Below are positions 24,801 to 37,289 of a stretch of 64,000 nucleotides of DNA, piece by piece (position 1 is the first letter of the stretch; the number at the start of each line of letters is the position of its first letter). The DNA lies in the NCBI GenBank assembly GCA_973895155.1, contig OZ316898.1, positions 11,617,187-11,681,186 on the forward strand. Reading direction: 5' to 3'. The DNA is from Marsupella aquatica. Taxonomy: Eukaryota > Plantae > Marchantiophyta. The notes below the pieces were generated by a model that was not told where the DNA came from, did not search any database, and saw nothing but the letters and a program-made list of their open reading frames with translations. The translations under genes and the position numbers were made by a program.

Positions 24801-26224
24801 GGTTCACCAAGCAAGTGTTGAAAGATCTTGGTGACAGCAGCATGATTAGAGGGGAAGTCCCCACGGATAGACTCATGAATGCTAACATTGGAGGCAATGA
24901 TAATACGTCTTCGAGAGGGGTCATAGCAACGATATGCTTTAGATTGTTCATCGTATCCTAGCAGGACAGTCTGGAGGGTCTTGGCGCTGAGTTTAGTGCG
25001 TAAGTGAGGAGGAACAAGAACATCTGGTCTGTCGTCTTCGCCGCTCCCTTTACGGCCTCAAGCAATCACCCCGTGCTTGGTACGAAGAAATAAATTCCTA
25101 TCTGATTGCTTCCGGATGGACCAGGAGCATGGCTGACAACAACTTATACTTCCTTCGTGAAGGCTCATCTATTGTGATTCTCATGCTCTACGTGGACGAC
25201 CTCCTAGTCACTGGTAGCGATTCGGAGAAAATTGCTGAGATCAAATCTCAACTCCACAATCGATACGACATGAAGGACCTTGGTCTTGTCCAAAAATATC
25301 TGGGCATTGAATTCCAACGTACGTCTGCTGGGCTATTTCTACACCAAACTTCCTACTGCCAACAACTTGTTGCTGAATACGGCATGACCGGGGGCACACC
25401 TGAATTTATTCCTCTTCCTGAAGGCCATGTTCTCACGTCAGACAAATACACCTCCTGTGGATGTCTCTGATTATTGTCATGCAGTTGGGAAACTTATATT
25501 TCTCACTCACACTCGTCCCGACATTGCCTATGCTGTCGGCATCGTTAGTCGCTACATGACTCGGCCTCAACAAAGTCACTGGGAATCTGTCAAACACATT
25601 CTTCGCTATCTTAGTCACACGACTGACTACGGTATTCATTATCAAAAATCTCCCTGCCCTCTTCTTACTGGCATTACCGATGCTGATTTCTTGGGCTGCC
25701 CTGAAACTCATCGTTCCATTGGCGCTTATCTCTTTCAACTCGCTTCGGGCCCAATTTCCTGGTCTAGCAAGCAACAACCTACTGTTTCAGACAGTACCAC
25801 TGAAGCGGAGTACAAAGCGCTCTCTGAGGGAGCAAAGGAAGGAGTCTACATTTGTCGTCTACTCTCTGAGCTCAGCTCCGACTCCTCTCTCCAGGTTCCT
25901 CTTACCTTTTCCAACCTGTCTATTCAGCAAGATCTTTCGCAAGCAGCTATTCCCTCTGCTCTTGACCTTCACCTACACTGTGATAATCAAGGCTCTATAA
26001 AACTCGCTCGCAATCCAGTTTTTCACGCCAGGACCAAGCACATAGAGGGGAAACACCATTTCATTCGTGAACGTGTGCTTGAAAGGGAAATTTCACTTTC
26101 TTACATTAATTCTGTTGATAATCCTGCTGACTTGCTCACCAAGCCACTAAGTCGCCTCAAATTTGAGAAACACAGAACCTTTACTGGAGTCAAATCAATT
26201 AAAGCCGCTCTCACTGCCAACTAG
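21879..26224 (+). pseudogene. Copia gag-pol polyprotein, disrupted
   Basis: Motifs: gag with zinc knuckle CNY(Y)GKPGHWEADC, protease WILDSGAS, LWHRHLCH/CETC, integrase HSDLCGP/RSDRGGEY/NGVAERKNR, RT KARLVARG/MDVITAFLNG/LYGLKQ/YVDD, RNase H TDADF/EAEY/CDNQ/ADLLTK. Lesions: 31-bp duplication 22267-22328, stops at 23623-23625 and 24464-24466, inversion 24101-25014, frameshift ~25445. Confidence 0.95.
24101..25014 (-). other. Inverted segment of pol bounded by 9-bp inverted repeats
   Basis: ATGTTCTTG at 24092-24100 and CAAGAACAT at 25015-25023. Re-inverting restores AYVL-VPPHLRTKL and FEVPG-QEHLVCRL in frame. Confidence 0.93.
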
Positions 26225-26229
26225 CCTAC

Positions 26230-29200
26230 TGTATGCAAGAAGGGTGTCCAACACTATCTCTGGGGGTGTGCGTCGGAGTGAAAGGTTGAGCAAGAAGGTG
26301 GTACCTACAATGGCAGAATGTGGAGATGACATGGATGCTGCACAGGTGGGTGCAAACACTAGACAAGAAGATGCAGATGATGAATATTTTCCAGAGGAAA
26401 TGGATGAGGATGGGGGTTATGAAGATGAATACATTGCAGAGCAGCCCCAAAAGAAACAGGTAAGTAGTTTTCCCAACAAGGTTTTGAGTTAAAAACTCTT
26501 ATTTGGAGGTTTCATATGTTCAGTACTACACATATGTACCTTGCTTAGTTCCTGACATTGTAGTTGGTGATGTGATGCAGCGTCCTGCCAGTTCTGTTTT
26601 GCCTTCAAAACCTGTGCATGCACCATACCAGCAGGGGGGGCTGACCTTTGATCAAGGTTGGCAAGGTGGTAGTAGTGGTAGATCCCAGGCTGGTGCCCAA
26701 TACTATGGCAGGGGGCAAGCTCTAGGTTATGCCTATGGTAGAGGCAGAGCAGGTCCAAACCCACAGTCTCGTGGGTTTGGACGTCCACCTCAACCATGGG
26801 GATGTGAGTATATATCTATATGCCAGTTCTTTGTGAAGGCATGACACTCCTGAATTTCAGACTGCATATCAATTTTTGACATTGTTTGGGATGTATTGGA
26901 TTCAGACAACATGAAATTCTGTCCACCTACCATTGCATGCAGATTCTGCCCAACCTGATTGGGCAAATGCTAGTAATGATCAGTTCCAATGTCCACAAGG
27001 ACAAACATGGGTTGAACCAGGTTGGGAGGATGCTGGTGGGTCGTGGAATGAACAAGGTTGGGAAGGTGGTGAAGGTAATTGGCAAGGATATCAAAATACA
27101 GTACCTACAAACGCTGGAAGAGGGGCAGGTAATGTCTGATCTTGTCAGCAATGGAAGAACCCATTATATCTGGAGTCCATTCACGTGGGGGGGGGGGATT
27201 CTGCACATGTATAATGATAGAAAATGTATGTGTGCAGGTTGGACAGTCGAACCATCGACTCAAGTATTCACTAATGCCCCTATGCAGATGCAGCACGGAA
27301 GGGGGACAGGTATGTCGGTGAATGTTCAGTTGTTTTCCTACAATTTGTACTTAGTTTTCAGTACATATGTTTGCACACACATACCTAGAAAGTGACATCA
27401 TTCGGCCCCTGTACTAGGCTGGACAGGTGGTCCAGGGTCGCAACAATTTCAGAGTGCAGTCCCTGCACAGGCATCTACAGGCAGAGCTACAGGTATGTAT
27501 GTTTGAAGAATTTTTCTTGAAGTGAAGCATTGAATGTTGCCGTCATCCATTCTGCTGTATGTAGTTCTCAAGCATGAATGGCATTGTATTTTCCCAGGTG
27601 GCTTCAGAACCCCAGGTAGGGTGAATGAAGGGGTGGCCAATACAACGCCCAGTACTACCGAGAGCAGTGCACGAGGGGAGGTGACAAAGAAAGGGAACGT
27701 AAAGTTGAATGAGAGACAATGGGTGGATGCTGAGTGTCCTCGCAAGAACCGATGGCATGCTAATTTGAAAGCTGAAGTATTGCGTTGGTTAGATGTGAGT
27801 GTTATTAATTTTAAAAAACAGCATCCAAAAGATTGGAAGACTGTATGTGAAAATGTTGCTGGCAAATGGAATTATGTGGGCAGTGATGATGGCGTGGACA
27901 TAGGTTGCCTAGAGAGTACAACAGGGAAAATCATCAAGCAAGAGAGGTGGAGAATGCATAAGGCTTGGAAGGAAGGTGGGGAGAAGCCAGATATGCCTCC
28001 ACCAGCCAGTTGTGATGATAAAGTGTGGGCAAGGTTAGTAGCTTATTTTGTAACAGATGCTTCAAAAAAGAAGAGTTCACAGATGACCGAGGCCAGGTTG
28101 AGTGTTCAGAACCCTAATCTGACAGGAAGGACCGGCACTGCACCGACAGCTAAACGTTTGGTAAGAATGAATGGCCTAGCTATGTAATTTATGCTACACT
28201 ATGTACCGTTTTTTAGTGTAAACCCATACATGTAAACTTTGTTTTTTAGTGTACGTTCCCTGAATATTGATCGATAACTTGTGTTTGCCATGCATGTGCA
28301 GAAAGCCCAATTGGGGCAAAGCCTTTCAAAAGAAGAGTTGAGGGCTGAAATTGTGAACACCCGGGCTCAAGAGGGTGCATCTGAATCCTCCAAGCATGTA
28401 AGTTATATGAGTTATGATTGGTAATTGAATGACCTGCGTTGAATTTCAGGTGTACACTATATATAACATTGATTGTGCATATATTGCCCAACATTTCATA
28501 TGGAGTGATTGAACCTATACCCCTGTGTCATGTAGGGAGGTGGATCTTCACTTACAGAGATAAGTGGTCGTTTGAAGGCTGTCGAAACATGTCTTCCAGA
28601 GATCAATGAACGTTTGAATTCATTGACTGACTTGTTCCATGTGAACTTCAAGACATTAATGGAAGTTGTTGTGTCGGTGAGAGATAAAATTGATTCCAAT
28701 TCTGCAGGAGTTCCACCATCACCACTTGAGGTGGCAAAGTCGATGCACTCTTCTGGCATGCCAACGACATGTAGGCTTGAAGGTAAGGCCTTTACAACTG
28801 TGTGGGATATGATTATTAAATGTATAGTTTGAATTGACATTGTTTGTTGAATGTGTTATTTTCAGTAACATATATTGTGGTTGTTGTGTCCATAGAGAAT
28901 AAGACAGGTGCTACAGAGAAGAAATATGAGAACCTGGCAAATACTCGTTGTAATTTAGAGGCAACAAAGTTGCAGTCTGTACAAGCAACTTGTTTGACAG
29001 AGGGCAGTCAACCATGTTTGGATAAGGATGACATTGGCAAGGGAGTGGATGATATCAATGTTGGGGCAAATGAGGATATAAGCAAGCATGACAATGATAC
29101 CATTGAGCCAGATTCATGCTATGTAGATCTTGACTCCATTGCAGAGATAAATGATTTGCAGAATGTATCATTCTCAATGATAGGTGTGCCTCTTGTTGAG

Positions 29201-30547
29201 ATAAATCCAACCAAAGAGTTAGTTGGTATGACACTCCCAGGTGATGAACCTGCTACTGTGACAGTCCTAATAGAGGAACCTACTGAGCCTAGCTTCACTA
29301 CTGTGAAGAGAGGAAGCATGCGCACACGAAGCAAGTCTGCTGGTGGGAGCAAAGCCACGTCAAAGGTTTCATACAAACCTCCAAGAACGGTGCTGGCAGA
29401 AAGATCTAAAGTGGAAGTGGGGAAAGCACCTAATGCTGAGGGACAAAGTGGCTTGTTAGCTGTTGATGAGAGTGGAACACGAGTAGGATTTGGCAGAGTG
29501 CAGGTTGGTTCCACAACGTTCCATGGCAAGAGGATTCCCCCAAGTTATTCAGTAGTGTTAGTCACATTACTAGTGAAACCTAAAGTTGTCCTTCCCATTC
29601 CAAACACAAATGATGATCCTCCTCAAAAGACACTTGGAGATGCTGCAGGTTCTTTGGTATTATGGCCAAGCAAGTTCATAGAGGATCCATAACAATGTCA
29701 TGCCATTATTTGTTTGTAGTGTGAGTCATGTCATGTAGATTTTAGATGTCAAGAAGCAGTACAAGAATCATGTCCTCTTGGAGATTCATAGTATCATGCA
29801 TGTGCTTTCAGTTATCTCATCCTGCAGTCATCAATTATGAGTTCCTGTTTTGTCTGAATTACATTGATCACATTGTAAACTATTCCATTGGAATTTAAAT
29901 GATCTTCATTTTTTAGCAAGATTGTGATTGTGTTTAATTCTTATGAATGTTTTATGTAGGATCTGCTTATATGATGCTTTGTTTCATGTGGATGTCATTC
30001 ATGCTATGTTCATTTCTTGTATTCAATGTGTTATATTTCTAAAGTTAGAACATCAGTTTCTATGTATTGTAATGTGGAGTGCTCTCTCTCCTTATGAACT
30101 GTCCCTCTGTGTTCATTAGTCATGGTTATAACTTGCATGGTGAACCTTATTAGTTATAAACATGAGTATATAGAGTCCCAAATGGTTTTGTTGTGTGACG
30201 CGGGCCAGGGTCTCCATTGGTCTCTCCTATGACACTAAATGGTCACACGCTAGTCGTTGTTGAATGCGGGTAAGTCATGTATGTGACTTACTATGTGACT
30301 CGCTGAAGTCATATTGCAGTCACGTAGAAACAAGGCTAGACTCCACAATAAAGTCACAGATCAGTCACAAATGGGTATCAAGCAAGTTGCAAAGCCCAGT
30401 ATCAATAGTGACTTCCATTTTTTGGTCTCAACTTTTGCAACTCCAAGGGTCACAGCGTGGGTCAAGTCACGTTGAGTCACAATGAAGTCACATGAGCCAA
30501 AATGAGTCACATATTGCGGTCTCAGTTCACCTCGGATTCTTCTAGTG
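26230..30547 (+). mobile_element. Nested CACTA (En/Spm) element lacking its 5' end
   Basis: 3' TIR CACCTCGGATTCTTCTAGTG (reverse complement CACTAGAAGAA...) ends at 30547. Dense GTCAC/GTGAC subterminal repeats at ~30190-30520. TnpA-like gene present. No left CACTA terminus; left boundary approximate. Confidence 0.85.
26310..29692 (+). CDS. CACTA TnpA-like (Ptta/En/Spm family) protein, 9 exons, N-terminus possibly truncated
   Basis: Phase-consistent GT-AG exons 26310-26459, 26581-26803, 26943-27128, 27238-27309, 27418-27492, 27598-28160, 28302-28397, 28536-28782, 28896-29692. Motifs VWARLVAYF..KKKS.....R......GRTG and C-terminal FHGKRIP...V.V...LP.P...TLGDA.G..VLWP. Confidence 0.8.
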
Positions 30548-30578
30548 TTAACTATCTATCACTTTCTTATCCCTTCTG

Positions 30579-31241
30579 CTAATGCTCATCTATCTCATAC
30601 TCTACTGCTCTACGATGATACCTCATAAACTGCTCCGCCTCTACCAATGTTCTAAATGCCTCGTGACAATTCCCTGAATAACCCGTCACCTGCATGCTTG
30701 CATCTGCCCACGATCCATATATTCCAGGTACTCGACCCACTGCTACTGCATAGTACTACTTCGGCGCTACTCCTCCAGCAACCCGGCTCCCCTCTCGCTC
30801 CTCCGCCCTCTGCTGAACCCTCATCTTACTTGGCCATCTCCTCAGAATCGACGCTGCCGCATACTGTTGCTCCTTACTACATGGTTTCCATTGCTAGTCG
30901 ACTTTCATCTCCTCCTGTGTGTGCTTCTTCCTTGGTGTCTGCTCGGACTCAGAGGGGGCTACCAGCACACTCTTCGGCACTTTCGGTGGAGAAATCCATG
31001 CATCAGAGGGGGCTTCATCTCCTGCTTCGCTCTTGCCACCTGCCACTTTTTCGATCTCTTCATGACCACAATCGTCTTTCGGCTCCAGTTCTCTCACCAA
31101 GCGCGCCAACAGCTTCACTGTCTTGTGGGCAATTTGGAGCAGCAACCCCACTGCCTCTAACACTGTCCATAACGTTCTTAACACTGCACGACACATTGCC
31201 CGTCCTGTCTCGGTCTTCATTTCTCCTGTTTGGATCGACAT
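30579..31241 (-). pseudogene. Antisense extra ORF of the Copia element with a C-terminal RNase H1 N-terminal (Cauli_VI / hybrid-binding) domain; 2 in-frame TAG stops
   Basis: One 221-codon frame from ATG 31241, with internal stops at 30894-30896 and 30756-30758. Positions 30755-30624 read YYAVAVGRVPGIYGSWADASMQVTGYSGNCHEAFRTLVEAEQFM. Confidence 0.85.
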
Positions 31242-31264
31242 CCCTCTCAGACTAAATCTTCCTC

Positions 31265-31273
31265 GAGAGGGGG
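31265..31273 (+). promoter_or_regulatory. Polypurine tract
   Basis: GAGAGGGGG directly before the 3' LTR. Confidence 0.9.
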
Positions 31274-31484
31274 TGTTGGAACTTTGTAGAAAGTTCCTGC
31301 CGTTACGAGGAAGATCTGATCTTGTCGTGTAGCGCGTATTTATCGGGCTCTCTCTCTGCTGTCGGATTTAGGGTCTCTCTCCTGGACGTTGATTCCCTTC
31401 CTTCCCGGCTGCAGCTGCCGCTACTTATTGGTTCATCGTCTCTGCACCTTTAGTTCATATTATGGTATGTTCACGTTTTCAACA
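31274..31484 (+). repeat. 3' LTR (211 bp)
   Basis: Near-identical to 21496-21706 and followed by TSD CAAAT. Confidence 0.97.
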
Positions 31485-32053
31485 CAAATTTCTAATCAGG
31501 AGAGGATGCATTTGTCCACTCAGTCTGACCATCGCTGCTGGTTGCTTTGCATGCCAAATCCTGATCCAACAAGGTGAGCGCACCAAGAGAGACCTGACTC
31601 AGACTAACGAATGAGTCCCATAGTTGCAAACCCACACTATGCTCAATTCACTTGGACAATTTATCAAATATCTGTCCTCTCACAACAGGCCAAGCTCGCT
31701 TCCCACATGATTTCTGTCCGCACATGATTTCGTTTCCGCTGCCCCTTCTTCAGCTCCAATGCTCAGACTACAATCGCAGCCAATTGCAGGTGTGTTATAA
31801 TCATGGACATTGGGAGTGAAGAGAATCATTGAAATTTCATTGCAGAATTTTTCTCCAGTTGACAACGAATGCTCATCCATTCGAGAGATTTCGAAACAAT
31901 AAATCTAGTATTGAAACCTGGAGGTATTTATCTAGACATCAACTTCAGGAACTGGTCGACGTGCAGGTCGTAAAGCGATCACTCCATCAAGATCTCCACT
32001 GGATGCTCGGATTGTAATCATAATGCACTGTGGACGAAGCTTAGAGGTCATTG

Positions 32054-32310
32054 CATGCAAGTTTACAATTATACAGTGCTGATTACAGATTTCCAATAAT
32101 TTTCGTAAACAGTGTATGGGTCATTCTAGTGACAGGATAGTCTTTTAGTTCAGAATATATGTCAAAGTGAAGCTCTGTGCACCAAGCTTGGAGGCCATGC
32201 AAGTTTACAGTTACATTGTTGATTATAGATTTCCAATGAGTTTTCGTAAATAATGTATAGTTCATTCTTATGACAGGATGATCTTTAGCTCAGAATTGAT
32301 ATCAAAGAGA
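32054..32310. repeat. Diverged ~140-bp tandem duplication downstream of the KAR gene
   Basis: CATGCAAGTTTACA...GATTTCCAAT...TTTTCGTAAA...TCATTCT..TGACAGGAT occurs twice. Confidence 0.75.
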
Positions 32311-33115
32311 AAAGGTTAAGCCCAACGGCTACTATCTACTGGGTTAGATCGACATACATCCATCTCGTCTTCATTTAATAAGATATGATTTCTCCTTGGC
32401 TCTTTCATCCTTCGTAGATTGTCTTTACAACAGTTCAGTGATCTACACAAACTGTGCTTCGAAGTGATACCTAGACAAACTGTTCTTCTTTGGGTTTCGA
32501 AGAACTGCATTCACGAAAACGCAAAATGAATCTAATTTTAATTGCATCGGGTAATGATTTTTCGGAAAGTGTAAATTTGGATTCTAATCAAAACCATTCC
32601 GAAACTTCTGTACTGATCTTTGAGCCGGGAATACGGCCTCCAGAACTACAAGTTGCTGCAGTTTCAGGCTCCCAGGAAACGCTCTCATGGGTTCCATAGA
32701 GGCCCGAATTGCGGTTGACAAGTGGGTCGGGATCCACTGCCGTTACGGTGATACGGGCGCGGCGAACTTCCGTGGACAGACAGACAACGGCGCTAACCAA
32801 AATAAGGGAACGCCGCATTGTTACATGGACAGTAACGCAAGATCTCGAGGACAGAGAAAACTACATTGTGGACAAATCCTGTAGTTACAAAAATGCTCGT
32901 CAACTGGACATAAGAGCTGTCGATCATGTTCTCTGATGACAAATTTCCAATGCAGATAGAATTTCTCAAAATTTAAATTAGCACTCGAACTAACAGGCCA
33001 TCGCCTGTCTTCCCCACTACTCCTCTCCTGCCAAGAAAGGCATAGCAAACCTCAAATGTTTCAGCAAATTACATGTTAGGAGGAAATTACATGTTAGGAG
33101 CTCCTCTACGCGCGA

Positions 33116-34315
<1,200 letters not shown>

Positions 34316-36189
34316 TTAAATTTTCGCTCAGAAGCTCGAGAGCTGAGTTCTCGAAGTGATCGCCCAATTCCCTCCGCCCCGGTAAAGTACCGAACCCGCT
34401 CTCACTTTGTCTGGGATGCTCCGTATTCCGACACAAACAGGATCATCACGTTTTCCTCATATTCCAGTTCCATCAATTCGTGTTTGTGAATGAAGGGGCC
34501 TGCAACGGGGACGGCATAGTGGGCCTTCAGGACAGAATAGTGTCCTTGCGAATCTCACTTTCTAGCAAACTCCGGGAAAGCTTTGTTTTTGTCTCTTATT
34601 GGGATACCCCCCTGTGTGAGAACCATTTCAAAAAGCGCAGTATAATGTACATGAGACTCTTCCTTGTAGCAGAACTAGCCCAACTCCAGATTTTCCCTGT
34701 TTGCTCCCCTGTATTAGCGAGTCTTTTGGAACACTACTTCAGTGACCTTTTCCCCTGACCGGAATATTGCAGGCCAGGTCACAGAGGAAGAATGTGACCG
34801 TGAGCATACACCCAAACGCGCTCTGAAACTGCAACTGTGCCCTTCGAGAATCATCGGTGCTCATTCAACATTGATGATGTTGAGTTGATTGAACAAAACT
34901 GGAAACAAACTCCAACCAACTGTTGAACAAATCTTGCCTTTGGGATCCTGTCTCAAGGTTTGGCACTCTTTGCTTCTTTGGAAGTGTGATATACACTACG
35001 TTAATTTTTTCCTTTCAGATTACACTTCAACGTCAAAAGAAATTTTCTCTAGATTTCTATTGTAGACTTTAGAGTATAGAAACAGTGGACCTACACTGAT
35101 GGTTTTGGGGAATAATGATCATTACATACAAATATTACTCAACTGTCAACAATGGTCGTGGCCAAGTTTTGTTCCCAACATGTCCACTAAAACCATTTGT
35201 CATAACATGTACATGAAGCTCAATATTTTCTCATCCTATATCAGCTCCAGTGATTATTCATTTATGCACTGACTCAGTGATGTTAGTACGACTTAAAAAG
35301 AAAAAGCTATCATTTGCCACTAACACATTCAACCTTTAGCTCGAGATTCATTCAAGCCGCCTATAATCCTTGTCTCTTGCCACTATTAGTTAAGCAAACA
35401 AACTAGGGTTAGGTTGACATGATTGAACGGTCAACATTAGGCCACGTTTCACCATGTGATGATTGTCCATGTCCTTTACCCTAACCACAACACCCTCCAC
35501 ATTGGGTTGGGTCTCCTGGCTGGCCCACTCACTCAGGCATCCCCTCTGGTTGAGGGCAAGAGCGGGCCATCACTGCTTACGCTTATTATGTACTTAGAGG
35601 ATTTGCCCGAATTCCTGAATGTATGCACACTAAGGGCTCCCTGTACCCAGATTCCCCATTCCCATCCCTAGTAATCACCAGCATAGTTTATATGTCAAAA
35701 GGTTCTCTAAACAGAGAAATTAGGGCCTATGGCTATGGCTATGGGTCATAAATGGAGTGTGGCGTGGAGTGACATAGGCTTTTGCCCCCTTTGACTTTTC
35801 ACTTTTCACTAAATGTTCCTTTGGAGACACAAACCATTCAAAATTGTCAGCTTGAGCTTGTAGCAGGCCTGCATACATACGATTTTGGATGGATACTCCT
35901 AAGGTCAAACTTATATGAAAGGTTGGAGACTCACACCCACTGATAGTGGGAATCCAGTACTCCCAAACTAGGGTGAACGGAAAGATACCTTGGGAATTTT
36001 TGGAACACTGGAGTACAACTAGTTCTCTATTATTAAACTGATGTTAGCCCGGCCAGGTTTAGGGGAACAGGATCTCTCAACTTCACTTGCCCTTGGGATC
36101 ACAACTCCTGACAAGTCATGTCTTTAATAAACACCCTTTGTTATTTTTCTCTTTATAATCTTTGGTGCTTTATGGAGAGAAGGAGCAGT

Positions 36190-36452
36190 CCATAATTGGA
36201 TTGGGAAATTCCCAAACCCCATCTCTTCTTTAAACAAAAATAGTAAAAATTAAAGTCTCTCAAGCCTCTAAGTGCCTTAATGCCTGTTATCAGGGCATCA
36301 TGCATGGGCACCAACAGCCCCATAATTGGATTGTGAAATTCCTAAACCCCATTTCTTCTTTAAACAAAAATAGTAAAAATTATAATCTCTCAACCCTCTA
36401 AGTGTCTTAATGCCCCCGTTGTCAGGGCATCATGCATGGGCACCAACAGCCC
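36190..36452. repeat. 130-bp tandem duplication
   Basis: CCATAATTGGATTG.GAAATTCC...CAGGGCATCATGCATGGGCACCAACAGCCC starts at 36190 and 36320. Confidence 0.9.
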
Positions 36453-37289
36453 CTCAAAACTTGAGCAAGAAGCTCTATTTTTTTAATGCATTACCGCCCA
36501 CAATGTCCTGATACCGGGGCATTACTATATACATAAGGTCCACTTTACTACACTCTTTTTGTAAACTAAAAACTAATATATGCCAAAATATATATTTACC
36601 CCTTAACTAGTTTCTTTTCTGGCTGGAGGTCACCTTCTCTCTGTGGCTAGGTGAAAAGAATAATATGAAAGTTATTTCATTTGCTCATATGGTTTTGCTC
36701 GGCTAGGTGCAAAGAATGTAATAGAATTTATCATGTGCTGACATGGCTTTAATCTTGCCGTGTTTCAATCTTAAATTGTGAGGCCTCTTTTCCATGCTGG
36801 GAAAACAGACTCAACTTAATTTCTTCTTTTTGGAGTTCACGGTTGTACAGGGTTAGAACACATAGAGCAGGGCCCTTAGCTCCATTTTCTTCTTGATATT
36901 AATATCAAACAAGTACTATTGTCCACCCTTTATTGGGTGGTGTGTTCCCATCAATTTCATCCCTCCCCTAGTCCAACAGAGTTGTAAAATCTGCCAAGAA
37001 GTTGTTTAACCCCAAAATATCAGGTGAGTTTTTTCTTCCTCTCCTGCTAGACCAAGCTGGTCTCTACTCCTCCAGAGCTAAGTTTGTCTTGTTCTGAACT
37101 TTGGGTTACTTAGAGAACACCCACAGGTCTGGTGGTCGGGTCCAGCCAGGAGCATAGTGGGACCAGCCAGCCCGGTTCTTGAAGCCCCATGGACTGTGCC
37201 CAGTCTATGCTGCCCAGTGTGGCCCGAGCTTGACAGTCAGGGGCTCCACAAGCTTGCAGGGCACAGCCCCACCAAGATCAATCATAGTG

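Larger units (their letters stand above)
21496..31484 (+). mobile_element. Ty1/Copia LTR retrotransposon, full length but internally rearranged
   Basis: TG...CA LTRs, 5-bp TSD CAAAT (21491-21495 and 31485-31489), PBS, PPT, and domain order gag-PR-INT-RT-RNaseH. Confidence 0.97.

Noticed and set aside
30656-31255. Sense 199-aa ORF after pol as an env-like gene
   Set aside because: It is an S/P/L-rich shadow of the minus-strand frame, which carries the recognisable domain. No env features.
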